The position numbers and the translations under genes were made by a program. Of a stretch of DNA of 64,000 bases, positions 11,916 to 21,209 are shown in pieces. Under the pieces are notes generated by a model. The model had not been told where the DNA came from, ran no database searches, and was given only the letters and a program-made list of their open reading frames with translations. Position 1 is the first letter of the stretch. Each line of letters begins with the position of its first letter. Source of the stretch: Anaerohalosphaeraceae bacterium (GTDB lineage: Bacteria > Planctomycetota > Phycisphaerae > Sedimentisphaerales > Anaerohalosphaeraceae). Location of the stretch: positions 1 through 64,000 of the forward strand of contig JBNRMN010000089.1 of assembly GCA_050309605.1 (NCBI GenBank), read 5' to 3'.

Positions 11916-12506
11916 TTATACCTCCCGCTCAACGGTCTCGGGTTCCACGGTTTCAGGCGCCGACCGCTTACCGGATATGATTTCGATGATATTTTCTATG
12001 CAAAAGAGCAAGATAAACAAACCGCTGATAGGTACAGCCAGATACATATACCCGATTTTGACCTGTAAGGCCGGCAAGCGTCCGCCCCCCTTGAGCGTCT
12101 CGCTGACCAGGATATATCCGCCGCCGATTAAAATCACGGCGGCAAACAAGCCCACGATGATATTGACAATGATTTCGGCCAGCGCCTGAGCCTGAGGATG
12201 CAGCTTGCCGACAAAGTAATCCACGCCCAGATGAGCCTTTGCCCCATAAGCCACACTGGCGCCCAGCAGCGAAACCCACATCAGCAGATTGATGGCGACC
12301 TCTTCGGTCCACAGCGTCTGGCCGCGCGGCAAAAACGCCCAGGGTTCATAACCCCGTTCGACCAGTTTGGCCACTATTCCGCCGCTGGCACGCGAAATAA
12401 CGCCCCATAATACATCCAGCACCAACACCGCAAACAGAATGATCACCGCCAATTCAAGCAGTTTGACCATCCCTTTTTTGATTTGAATCAAATGATTGAC
12501 CATCAT
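11916..12506 (-). CDS. dctQ: TRAP transporter small permease
   Basis: WTEE...W..LLGA, HLGVD; about 4 TM; lies between dctP and dctM. Confidence 0.93.
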   Translation of the reverse strand: MMVNHLIQIKKGMVKLLELAVIILFAVLVLDVLWGVISRASGGIVAKLVERGYEPWAFLPRGQTLWTEEVAINLLMWVSLLGASVAYGAKAHLGVDYFVGKLHPQAQALAEIIVNIIVGLFAAVILIGGGYILVSETLKGGGRLPALQVKIGYMYLAVPISGLFILLFCIENIIEIISGKRSAPETVEPETVEREV

Positions 12507-13519
12507 TATTGGATTTCCTGGATTCGTTTGACCAATTCGCCGACGCGGGTATCGTCATACCGCCTGATCAGCGGCTGTACCTGCTGAACAAACGGTTCCA
12601 AATCGGGATAAAATACCTCAACGCCCCGCTCCTGGACCTCCTCCAGTGAACGTTCGGTCTCAATTTTCCAAAGCTCACGTTGATAGACGCTGGATTCATC
12701 CGCCGCTTCCTGAAGCCACGCCTGAACCTCAATCGGCAGCGCTTCCCAAATATCGGCGTTAATCAGCAGGACATCGGGAATGCGTGTATGCTCATTCATT
12801 GAAAAAAACTTGCAGACTTCGTAATGACGGCTGGTGTAAAAACTGGGCGGGTTGTTTTCGGCTCCATCGACCACGCCCTGCTGCAATGAGGTATAAAGCT
12901 CACCCCATGAAATCGGCGTCGGTTCGCCACCCATCACGCGAATCATATCCATCGCGGTACGGCTTTCCATCACGCGGATTTTTTGGCCGCGCAGGTCATC
13001 CGGAGTCAAAATAGGCTTTGTCGTAGTATAAAAGTTTCGACTGCCGGAATCATAATAACACAACCCCCACAGCCCCGCCTCATTTCCCAGCGTCAGCAGC
13101 TCACGCCCCACCGGACTGTTCAACGCATTCCAGAAATGATCATGGTCACGGAAGATATACGGCAGCCCGAACACGGCCATTTCAGGAATAAAAATCTCCA
13201 TTGCCGCGGCCGAGACCTTCGTCATCGCCAGTGAGCCTTTCTGAAGCTGCTCGACATTGTCGCGTTCGGAGCCTAATACCCCGCCGGCAATGACCTGAAT
13301 GGTTGCTCGGCCTTCGGACTTTTCCGCAAGCCGCTCGGCCATATAGACCATCCCTTTATGCACCGGATGGGACGGATCCAGGCCGTGCGCGAGCTTCAAA
13401 ACAATAGTGTCGCTGCCTGAAAATTCGTGGGTCCGCACGTATAAGGTAAATGCGCCCACCGCGACAATCATGCCCGATACCAACCCGACAATGAATAGAG
13501 AAACGCTTTTTCTGTCCAT
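12506..13519 (-). CDS. dctP: TRAP substrate-binding protein (uronate-type)
   Basis: LKLAHG, DSGSRNFY, KIRVM, LQQGVVDGAENN. Confidence 0.95.
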   Translation of the reverse strand: MDRKSVSLFIVGLVSGMIVAVGAFTLYVRTHEFSGSDTIVLKLAHGLDPSHPVHKGMVYMAERLAEKSEGRATIQVIAGGVLGSERDNVEQLQKGSLAMTKVSAAAMEIFIPEMAVFGLPYIFRDHDHFWNALNSPVGRELLTLGNEAGLWGLCYYDSGSRNFYTTTKPILTPDDLRGQKIRVMESRTAMDMIRVMGGEPTPISWGELYTSLQQGVVDGAENNPPSFYTSRHYEVCKFFSMNEHTRIPDVLLINADIWEALPIEVQAWLQEAADESSVYQRELWKIETERSLEEVQERGVEVFYPDLEPFVQQVQPLIRRYDDTRVGELVKRIQEIQ

Positions 13520-13591
13520 ACCGCTCTCCTGATGACGCAATTATCTGTCAATTTAGGCTGCTTTTTTATCCGGTCTCCACGGTCGCGGGTA

Positions 13592-13620
13592 ATTCTACAC
13601 GCCTTGAGATATTATTTCAA
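13592..13620 (-). promoter_or_regulatory. Promoter of dctPQM-eda-pyk with an overlapping imperfect palindrome
   Basis: Minus strand TTGAAA-17 bp-TAGAAT; TTGAgATAtTATtTCAA at 13604-13620 covers the -35. Confidence 0.55.
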
Positions 13621-13733
13621 TAAAAAACACGGATAAATCATATTTTCCGGCCGTCAGCACCGCCATATTTGCCCTACGGTCATTTATTTTCTATATTTTT
13701 TATGGATACGTATAGATAGTTCGCGAGGCTGTT

Positions 13734-14342
13734 ATGTCACTTATTCGACGCGAAGACAAAGAAATCATTCATAACCTGTCGCTTTTGGGCGCTCTGTTTG
13801 GAGCGGTCGTCGGCGGTTTTCTGGTTCTGCATTTCCATCAGAAGGCACTGCTGCAAGTCGATTCCGAATCCGCCGTCGTTCAAACACAACGGTCGTTGGT
13901 TCAATTGACCAGCAATCTGACCTCTGAAGAGGCGTCGGTCGCTCAGGCAGCCATTTCTCAAGTCAACCCGGATTTCCAGCCGGAGGTTCCGGAGGATCCA
14001 TCTGAAACAAGTTTCTGGGTCACTTTATCTCCCTGGAGTGTGAGAGGACTGTGCGCCGGTGCGGCCGCAGTCGGCGGCATCGCCGGATATCTGTCGCTCT
14101 GGGGCGCCGGCTGGGTCGGCGCACTGCTGACCTACAAGCTGATTCGGCTGGTTTATCGCGTGATTCGCACGGTTGCGCCGAATTGCGCAGCGGGACGCCG
14201 TTCGGCCGTGCCGTCAGGGCCGGTGTGTACTTTTCAAAGAGACCAGAATCGGCTGCTGCCGACGCTGATAAAACTGTTTATGCTGCTGACCATGGCGCTG
14301 AGCGTCCTGGCGGTGGTCGTATGGTACCTCATCTCGTTATAA
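13734..14342 (+). CDS. Hypothetical membrane protein
   Basis: GAGG RBS; three hydrophobic segments; fills the gap between dctP and kdgK. Confidence 0.7.
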   Translation: MSLIRREDKEIIHNLSLLGALFGAVVGGFLVLHFHQKALLQVDSESAVVQTQRSLVQLTSNLTSEEASVAQAAISQVNPDFQPEVPEDPSETSFWVTLSPWSVRGLCAGAAAVGGIAGYLSLWGAGWVGALLTYKLIRLVYRVIRTVAPNCAAGRRSAVPSGPVCTFQRDQNRLLPTLIKLFMLLTMALSVLAVVVWYLISL

Positions 14343-14403
14343 ACAGAAACAGAACGCCGAAACTGATTTCCGATGCTCGACATCGGCTGCCGGCTCGCTG
14401 TTA

Positions 14404-15504
14404 TCACCGACTGATTCGCGCAGATGCCCCTTTCATGACGCGCTCGACTTCCCTGAGCGAGGCGGTGGTGGTATCGCCGGGCGTGGTCATTGCCAGCGCC
14501 CCATGGGCGGCGCCGTAATTGACGGCCTGCTGCGGGTCTTTTTGCTCCATCAGGGCGTAAATCAAGCCCGACGCAAAGCTGTCCCCGCCGCCGACACGGT
14601 CAAAAATCTCCAGGTTTTCCCGCATATCCGCCTCGTAAAATCCGCCGTCATAATACAAAATCGCCCCCCAATCGTTCACGGATGCGGTCTTGGCGTTGCG
14701 CAGGGTCGTGGCCACCGCGACGAAATTCGGAAATGAACGCACCGCTTCTTCGATCATCTTTTTGAAATTACGAGGGTCCAGTTTGGAGCAATCGGCATCC
14801 AGACCTTCCACCTCAAAGCCCAGCGCCGCGGAAAAGTCCTCTTCGTTACCGATCATCACATCGACCAGGTGAGCCAGCCGGCGGTTGACCTGCCGGGCTT
14901 TGTCCTGGCCGCCGATAGCCTTCCAGAGCGACGGGCGATAATTCAGGTCATAAGAGACGATCGTGCCGTAATGTTTAGCAATGGTCATCGCCTCGATCAC
15001 CGCCTCCGGCGTCGTATCCGACAGGCCGGCAAAAATACCGCCGGTGTGGAACCATCGCACGCCGTCTTGACCAAAGATTTTTTCCCAATCAAAATCGCCT
15101 TTTTTGATCTGCGCCGCAGCGCTGTGGCCGCGATCCGAACAACCCACCGCCGCCCGAACGCCAAAACCCCGCTCGGTAAAATTCAGCCCGACACGCACCG
15201 TGCGTCCGATGCCGTCAAACGGAACCCAATTGACATACTCCATACTGACGCCGCCCTGTAAGATTAAATCTTCCAGCAGCCGCCCGACGGGATTGTCGCA
15301 GACGGCCGTGGCCACCGCCGACCGCTTGCCGAAACAGCGTTTCAGGCCACGCGCCACGTTGTACTCGCCGCCGCCTTCCCAAACGCGAAAATGCCGCGTG
15401 GTATGAATGCGCTGATCGCCGGGGTCAAGACGGAGCATGATCTCGCCCAGTGAAAGAATGTCGTATTTGCACTCATCGGGTTTTCGCAGTTTCAAGTGTG
15501 CCAT
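14404..15504 (-). CDS. kdgK: 2-keto-3-deoxygluconate kinase (PfkB family)
   Basis: LGEIMLR, GGGEYNVA, DLNYR, GNEED, DRVGGGDSFASG; kdu cluster context. Confidence 0.92.
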   Translation of the reverse strand: MAHLKLRKPDECKYDILSLGEIMLRLDPGDQRIHTTRHFRVWEGGGEYNVARGLKRCFGKRSAVATAVCDNPVGRLLEDLILQGGVSMEYVNWVPFDGIGRTVRVGLNFTERGFGVRAAVGCSDRGHSAAAQIKKGDFDWEKIFGQDGVRWFHTGGIFAGLSDTTPEAVIEAMTIAKHYGTIVSYDLNYRPSLWKAIGGQDKARQVNRRLAHLVDVMIGNEEDFSAALGFEVEGLDADCSKLDPRNFKKMIEEAVRSFPNFVAVATTLRNAKTASVNDWGAILYYDGGFYEADMRENLEIFDRVGGGDSFASGLIYALMEQKDPQQAVNYGAAHGALAMTTPGDTTTASLREVERVMKGASARISR

Positions 15505-15526
15505 TTTTCAGCCTTTTCCATTGTCA

Positions 15527-15572
15527 TCTGACCTCTGACCTCTGACTTCTGACTTCTGACCTCTGACCTCTG
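15527..15572. repeat. 7-bp tandem repeat TCTGAC(C/T), 6 full units plus a partial
   Basis: tctgacc tctgacc tctgact tctgact tctgacc tctgacc tctg between kduD and kdgK. Confidence 0.95.
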
Positions 15573-15580
15573 CGCCTGTC

Positions 15581-16342
15581 TTACCGTGCCAGCCAGCCGC
15601 CATCGACGGCCACCGTATAGCCGTTGACATAATCGGAAGCGGAGGAAGCCAGGAATACCGCCGCGCCCTTTAAGTCTTCCGGTTCGCCCCACCGTCCGGC
15701 GGGAATGCGATCCAGAATCGCTTTGTTACGCACCGGATCCTCGCGCAAAGGCTTGGTATTATCGGTAGCCATATAGCCGGGGGCAATGGCGTTAACATTG
15801 ATTTGATGCGGCGCCAGCTCATTGGCCAGCAGCCGGGTCAGCCCCATCACCGCGCTCTTGGAAGCGGTGTAGGACGGTACCAGAATACCGCCCTGAAAAC
15901 TCAGCAGCGACGCGGTATTAACGATTTTGCCTCCGCGCCCCTGTTTGATCATCACTCGCGCGGCAGCCTGACTCAGAAAAAACAGCGACCGGATGTTGAT
16001 GTTCATCACATCATCCCAGTCTTTTTCCGTAAACTCCGTCAGCGGCGCACGGCGAATGATGCCGGCGTTGTTGAACAGGATGTCCAGCCCGCCGAGTTTC
16101 TCGACCGTGGTGTGGACAATACCGTCCACGCATCCTTTATCGCTTAAATCAGCGGTAATGGCGATACATCGGCGACCGAGCTTTTCAATGTGCGCCTGGC
16201 TCTCACTCATATCCAATAGATCGACCAGTGCCACATCGGCTCCGGCCTCGGCCAGTCCGAGGGCCATCGCTCGGCCCAGTCCGCGGGCGCTGCCGGTAAC
16301 GACGGCAACTTTGCCGTCCAGTTTGAATTGATCAAGAATCAT
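15581..16342 (-). CDS. kduD: 2-dehydro-3-deoxy-D-gluconate 5-dehydrogenase
   Basis: SDR with NNAGIIRR, SFQGGILVPSYTASKS, RIPAGRWG, VDGGWLAR. Confidence 0.96.
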   Translation of the reverse strand: MILDQFKLDGKVAVVTGSARGLGRAMALGLAEAGADVALVDLLDMSESQAHIEKLGRRCIAITADLSDKGCVDGIVHTTVEKLGGLDILFNNAGIIRRAPLTEFTEKDWDDVMNINIRSLFFLSQAAARVMIKQGRGGKIVNTASLLSFQGGILVPSYTASKSAVMGLTRLLANELAPHQINVNAIAPGYMATDNTKPLREDPVRNKAILDRIPAGRWGEPEDLKGAAVFLASSASDYVNGYTVAVDGGWLAR

Positions 16343-16360
16343 CGCGACCTCCGTTTCTGT

Positions 16361-17194
16361 CTATTTCAACTCACTGATCTTCAAATGATCCATATCGTCA
16401 AACGCCTGATTTTCGCCGCCCATACCCCAGCAGAACGCATAGGACTTTGTGCCAACGCCGGAATGCAGCGACCAGCTCGGCGAGATAACCGCCTGCCCGT
16501 CGGCAACAACGATATGCCGGGTCTCTTCGGGCTTGCCCATCAGGTGAAACACACGGGCATCCTCGGCCACGTTAAAATACAGGTACATTTCCATCCGTCG
16601 GTCGTGGGTATGCGGCGGCATGGTATTCCACACCGATCCTTCGGCAAGCCGGGTAAAGCCCATCACGAGCTGGCAGCTTTTCACGCCGTCGGGATGAATG
16701 TATTTGTAAATCGTTCGCTTGTTGCATTCCGCATCCGATCCCAGATGCGTCGGAGCGGCCTGATCTTTGCTGATATGCGTTGTTGGATAGGACTTATGCG
16801 CCGGGTAACTGAGCAGATAAAACCGCGCCGGCGCCTTGGGATCGTCGCCGGCAAATACAATTTCTTTGGAATCGCGACCGATGTACAGGCCGTCCAGCGG
16901 AGCCAGCTTAAAGGCCTTGCCGTCCACCGTGATGGTCCCGGCCTGCCCGATGTTCAGCACACCCAGTTCGCGACGCTGACAAAAATAATCAGCCCGAAGC
17001 TGGGCAGCACCAGCCAAAGTCAGCGGCCGTGAAACCGGAACCGCCGAACCGGCAATCGCCCGATCCACATCGCAATACACCATCGTAATGGCATCCGGTG
17101 AAAACAGCGTCTCAATTAAAAATTTATCTCGTACTTCCTGTGTTGTCATCCGACAAAATGCTTCCGGTGCAGGAGTATAACGTACGTCCATCAT
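16361..17194 (-). CDS. kduI: 5-dehydro-4-deoxy-D-glucuronate isomerase
   Basis: RRELGVLNIG, SCQLVMG, WNTMPPHTHDRRME, SWSLHSG, MGGENQ. Confidence 0.97.
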   Translation of the reverse strand: MMDVRYTPAPEAFCRMTTQEVRDKFLIETLFSPDAITMVYCDVDRAIAGSAVPVSRPLTLAGAAQLRADYFCQRRELGVLNIGQAGTITVDGKAFKLAPLDGLYIGRDSKEIVFAGDDPKAPARFYLLSYPAHKSYPTTHISKDQAAPTHLGSDAECNKRTIYKYIHPDGVKSCQLVMGFTRLAEGSVWNTMPPHTHDRRMEMYLYFNVAEDARVFHLMGKPEETRHIVVADGQAVISPSWSLHSGVGTKSYAFCWGMGGENQAFDDMDHLKISELK

Positions 17195-17207
17195 CAACTT
17201 CCCTTTC

Positions 17208-19454
17208 TTACTGTAATGTGACCTTGACAGGAGTTTCCAGTTCTTGTGCAAACGCTTTCAAATAATCCGTCCACTGATCAAAACTGCCAAACTCCTCATT
17301 TTTGTCCCAGCACGAACCGGCATAATACACCACCGGCTTATGGATCGGCTGCGTCAGCGTCAGCAGCCAATGGCCGTCGGCAGTGACCACCTCCGTTTGG
17401 GTATCGGAGCCGAATACGACGCCGCATCCCATCCAGCCGAGCTTCGGATCCGGATCGGTCGGAAGCCAATATGCAATCGCCTGTTCCCGCGACCAGGTTT
17501 TATTACTGGTCGGCTGCAGAACAATTCCCGCGGCCAGCGGAACGGTATCGGTATTTTCACCGGCGTACCGACATTCAATGCGGCTCAGATTGCTGCCCAG
17601 ATCGATGGAGATCCGCTTGACTTCGCTGACCGTCAGCGGCCCGGCCTGCCAGGGCTTGTAAGTCAGTTCAAAAATGGAACGAATCGGCCCGTTGGCGATA
17701 ATCTTCCACGAGGCAAAATTGCGCGGCAGACGAATCCTGCCATCCACAAACGGCGCCATCCCCCCGCAGCCGAGGGTATTGCCGACCTTGTAAAAATCGC
17801 CGCCTTCGCCATGGTCCTGGTGATAACTGACGCCGCGCTCGTTATACGCCTTGAGCATTTTATCCATGACCGGATACGGAACGCGCTTGCCCCACGCGTC
17901 GATACCGCAGGTAATTGTTTCGTCTTCCAGTGCCGGGCCGTACATCCGATAGGCCGCCTTGTCATTTTCCCACAGGAAATCGTCTTTGCGGTCGGGGGCA
18001 AACCGGCAATAGGTTCGACTCTCCGTCGTCGGGGCCGCCACCCCATCGGGACGTTTCATCAGCCATGCATACCGAATTTCGCCGGGCGCCATATCCATCT
18101 GAAACAGCAATTCATCGAGCCTTCCGTCGGCGTCATTATCCACCGGCTGTGTAACCCAAAAACGCTTGTGCTTAAAATCAAATATCGCGGCGTTGTCTTT
18201 TGTGATACCCGGTATTGCCCTGACATCGCTCCAGTCGATGCGGATCGTAACCGCATCACGAAACCGAACAAGCGGATTGACCGCTGTAATCATTTTGGCC
18301 GGTGCGGCTTTGCGCATCGCCAGTTGATAGACTTCGCTGCCGGCCAGCAAAAACGCCCCCACGCCGTACACCTCCGTCTGATCCTCATTGACATTACGTT
18401 GCGGATCGCCCCCGATAGGCTGGACATAGCCCAGTTTGCCGTCGGGATGGACGCACGATACCAGCCCCTGCCAGGCCTTCATTATCGCCGGGATATAGGT
18501 TTTTCCATCCAGATAGCCGTGATTGACGCCCCAGGCAAGGCCGTAGGCAAAAAAACCCGTCCCGCTTGTCTCTTTTGTCGGGTAACTATCCGGATCCAGG
18601 AGACTGGCACGCCAGAGGCCGTCCTCCGGCTGAATGGCAATGATTTTAGCCGCCATTTCACGGAACAGTTTCTCATACCGGGGCCGGTCGGGATAGTCGG
18701 CGGGCATTTCCTCCAGCACCTTCGCCAATCCGCCGAATACCCAGCCGTTGCCGCGCGACCAGAAAATTTTCTCGCCGTTGGCCTCGCGCTGATCAAAATA
18801 TCGGTCATCGCGAAAATACAAATGCTCCTCGGTATCGTACAGATAATCCGTCGTCGCCCACCACTCCTTGTTCATAAAGTCCAGGTACCGCCGGTCGCCC
18901 GTAAGCCTGGCCAGTTGGGTCCAGACAGGCGGCCCCATAAACAACGCATCACACCACCACCAGCGGTCTTCGCCGTGAAACGCGCCGCCGTAACTGAGGC
19001 CGGAATCGCGCGCCTTTTTGAATTCGAGGGTCTTTGTCGAGGGATGGGCCAGGATATAATCGAAACGATCCTTGATTCCCTGCATCATTTTCGGGTCTTT
19101 GAAGCGTTTGTACATCTCAAGATACATTATGCCGACCACGTGATCATCGGCGTGGTATATCCGCTGGTGCGGCTGCCAGTTATTTTGCTCTGCGAAACCG
19201 CGCAGCGCATCATAATACGTATCCGTATCGGCCATGTGCGCCCATGCGGTAAACCCGGCGTACATCGCTCCGTGCGCCCAGTGGGCCGGGTGATGCCGGC
19301 CCGGATTGGCAAGCTGCCAGTCAGCCACTTTGGTCATCACCGCTTTGACCGCCGCCGGCTCGGCTTCCGGCGGCAGCTGAACCGTCTGCTCGGCTATGGC
19401 ACACCCCCCCAACAATCCCATCACAATGCTCATCAGTCCGCTGCGTACTTTCAT
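17208..19454 (-). CDS. Exported GH105 (GH88/105) unsaturated uronyl hydrolase fused to a DUF4861 domain
   Basis: HADD, WWWCDALFM, FWSRGNGW, ETSGT, YGVGAFLLAG; C-terminal RKDDFLWEND..YRMYG, GIDAWGK, YHQDHGEGGDFYKVG; possible lipobox LGGC. Confidence 0.88.
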   Translation of the reverse strand: MKVRSGLMSIVMGLLGGCAIAEQTVQLPPEAEPAAVKAVMTKVADWQLANPGRHHPAHWAHGAMYAGFTAWAHMADTDTYYDALRGFAEQNNWQPHQRIYHADDHVVGIMYLEMYKRFKDPKMMQGIKDRFDYILAHPSTKTLEFKKARDSGLSYGGAFHGEDRWWWCDALFMGPPVWTQLARLTGDRRYLDFMNKEWWATTDYLYDTEEHLYFRDDRYFDQREANGEKIFWSRGNGWVFGGLAKVLEEMPADYPDRPRYEKLFREMAAKIIAIQPEDGLWRASLLDPDSYPTKETSGTGFFAYGLAWGVNHGYLDGKTYIPAIMKAWQGLVSCVHPDGKLGYVQPIGGDPQRNVNEDQTEVYGVGAFLLAGSEVYQLAMRKAAPAKMITAVNPLVRFRDAVTIRIDWSDVRAIPGITKDNAAIFDFKHKRFWVTQPVDNDADGRLDELLFQMDMAPGEIRYAWLMKRPDGVAAPTTESRTYCRFAPDRKDDFLWENDKAAYRMYGPALEDETITCGIDAWGKRVPYPVMDKMLKAYNERGVSYHQDHGEGGDFYKVGNTLGCGGMAPFVDGRIRLPRNFASWKIIANGPIRSIFELTYKPWQAGPLTVSEVKRISIDLGSNLSRIECRYAGENTDTVPLAAGIVLQPTSNKTWSREQAIAYWLPTDPDPKLGWMGCGVVFGSDTQTEVVTADGHWLLTLTQPIHKPVVYYAGSCWDKNEEFGSFDQWTDYLKAFAQELETPVKVTLQ

Positions 19455-19489
19455 GGTTTAACTCCTTAAATGTGAGTTTCTCGACCGAT

Positions 19490-20248
19490 TCAACCGCTAT
19501 GTCCGATTTTCGAAGACAATTCTGCGGCCGCCTGGGCAACCGCCGTGACAATCTCGTCCATACGTTCTTTCGTAAAGATACTGGTCGGTGCCGTTACGCC
19601 GACCGCCGCAACAACCTGCCCGCGGATATCCCGCACGGGCGCCGCCATACAGCGGACATGGGGATGGTATTCCTGCTCATCGACCGCATAGCCGCACTGC
19701 CGAACATCGCTTACCGCCCGCTGGAGATCTTCAAGGGTGATTTTTGTGTTTTCGGTTCGCCGCTGAGGCCGCACCTCATGACAAAACGCTTCAAGACGGT
19801 CCGCATAACAAAACGCCAAAAAGAGTTTGCCTGTTGCCGAACAGTGCAGATCGGCCAGCGTTCCGGGACGCGAGGCGACACGAATCGGCTCGGTGCTGTC
19901 GCAAACCTCAAGGATCAGCGAATGCCAGCCGCCGGGAACCGCCAAATGTGAGGTCAAGCCGGTCTGCCCGGTTAATCGCTGCAAAATAGGCACGGCCGAC
20001 TCACGCAATTGCGATTTGCGTAATGCCATCAACCCCACTTCCAAAAGCCCTGCACCGGCATAAAAAAGAGAGCCTTTCTTGTCAATCATCCCGTCAAGGG
20101 TCAACGTTTTGAGTATCCGAAAAGCGGTGGTGCGAGGAATGCCCAGATGCTGCTCTATTTGAACCGCAGAGATTCCCTGTTCGGCTGAAGCCAGCATTTT
20201 CAGCACAAGGATCGCTTTTCTCAAATTGGGGACGGCATACTTATTCAT
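19490..20248 (-). CDS. IclR family transcriptional regulator (KdgR-like role)
   Basis: N-terminal HTH (IPRTTAFRILKTL), LHCSATGK, GYAVDEQE..RCMAAP. Confidence 0.95.
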   Translation of the reverse strand: MNKYAVPNLRKAILVLKMLASAEQGISAVQIEQHLGIPRTTAFRILKTLTLDGMIDKKGSLFYAGAGLLEVGLMALRKSQLRESAVPILQRLTGQTGLTSHLAVPGGWHSLILEVCDSTEPIRVASRPGTLADLHCSATGKLFLAFCYADRLEAFCHEVRPQRRTENTKITLEDLQRAVSDVRQCGYAVDEQEYHPHVRCMAAPVRDIRGQVVAAVGVTAPTSIFTKERMDEIVTAVAQAAAELSSKIGHSG

Positions 20249-20257
20249 ATATGAATA
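20242..20257. promoter_or_regulatory. Perfect 16-bp palindrome over the IclR start codon (probable operator)
   Basis: TATTCATATATGAATA; degenerate copy GTTTTTATTTGAAC about 20263-20276; minus-strand TTGACA at 20308-20313. Confidence 0.65.
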
Positions 20258-20435
20258 TTTGTGTTTTTATTTGAACTTTTATATAAAATGCGCGTTTTGA
20301 CCCGTGATGTCAAAGGAAAAAACAAAGATTGCGCTTATGGTGATACACATTCTGTTTTTTTCGACGAGCAGCTTGTCCCCGCCAACCGCGCAGCAAAAAA
20401 CCCGCTTCTCGCGGGCTTTGAACAGGGCAACGGTG

Positions 20436-21107
20436 TTACTGCACGTCGATATAATCGAATTCGATAAGCAGCTTCTTGGCTGCAATCCCCTGTCGTATAT
20501 CGAAGACGTCGATTTTCCGTGGCATCATTCGATCCAGCCGTGCATTGAATCGCAGATTGTAGGACTGGGCCAGCCAATCGATGTCTTTGCCGTCGGTGAG
20601 ACGAACCAGCTCCATTCGTCCGGTCGCAACGTTTCGATACACAGTCAGTGTATGCCCGGCGCTGGCCCTGCCGAGTCGAAACGATTCGTATCGACGTCCT
20701 TCGATGCCGGCCGATTCACCCGGCGTCAGTCCCGCCGGCTCAAAGCCGCCGCCCGCAGTAAAACTCACATAAAGCAACTCCGCCAGCATGGCATTCATCA
20801 GACCGGCCGGCAGCGATTTCATAAACGTCCTGTTCAGGCCGGATGACGAAAATTGCCCCTTATGATAAGTACACCGCCACGTTCCTTCAGGCTCTGTGCC
20901 CCAGGCATCCATCACCACCGATGCGGGACAAAAACGCTGCCGCTGGTCAGTCCAGTAAGGCGAATCGTTCAGATGATATGTTACCACACAACGGGTTTCA
21001 ATGCAGTTTTGACGCGGCTCGGCCGTTTCATCCGACGATTGTCGGTTGACCGTGGCACACCCGGCCATCGTAATCGCCGCCGCCGCAACAATCATATCAT
21101 ATCTCAT
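20436..21107 (-). CDS. Hypothetical lipoprotein
   Basis: Hydrophobic leader with MAGC lipobox; AAAGGA RBS. Confidence 0.75.
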   Translation of the reverse strand: MRYDMIVAAAAITMAGCATVNRQSSDETAEPRQNCIETRCVVTYHLNDSPYWTDQRQRFCPASVVMDAWGTEPEGTWRCTYHKGQFSSSGLNRTFMKSLPAGLMNAMLAELLYVSFTAGGGFEPAGLTPGESAGIEGRRYESFRLGRASAGHTLTVYRNVATGRMELVRLTDGKDIDWLAQSYNLRFNARLDRMMPRKIDVFDIRQGIAAKKLLIEFDYIDVQ

Positions 21108-21160
21108 ACAATTAGTCCTTTACTGCGATCAACCATCTTTACATGTTCAGCACAATGCGG

Positions 21161-21200
21161 AAAAAAGCCCGACGCCGTATCATCCGGGCCGGGCTTGTTT
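21161..21200 (-). terminator. Intrinsic terminator downstream of the PFOR gene
   Basis: AAGCCCG...CGGGCTT stem followed by a U-run on the minus strand. Confidence 0.7.
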
Positions 21201-21209
21201 TTCCCATCA

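Noticed and set aside
15527..15572. Possible CRISPR array
   Set aside because: 7-bp units with no spacers; no cas genes in the window.
17244..19469. 741-aa plus-strand ORF
   Set aside because: Mirrors the GH105-DUF4861 gene on the opposite strand; no independent signal.
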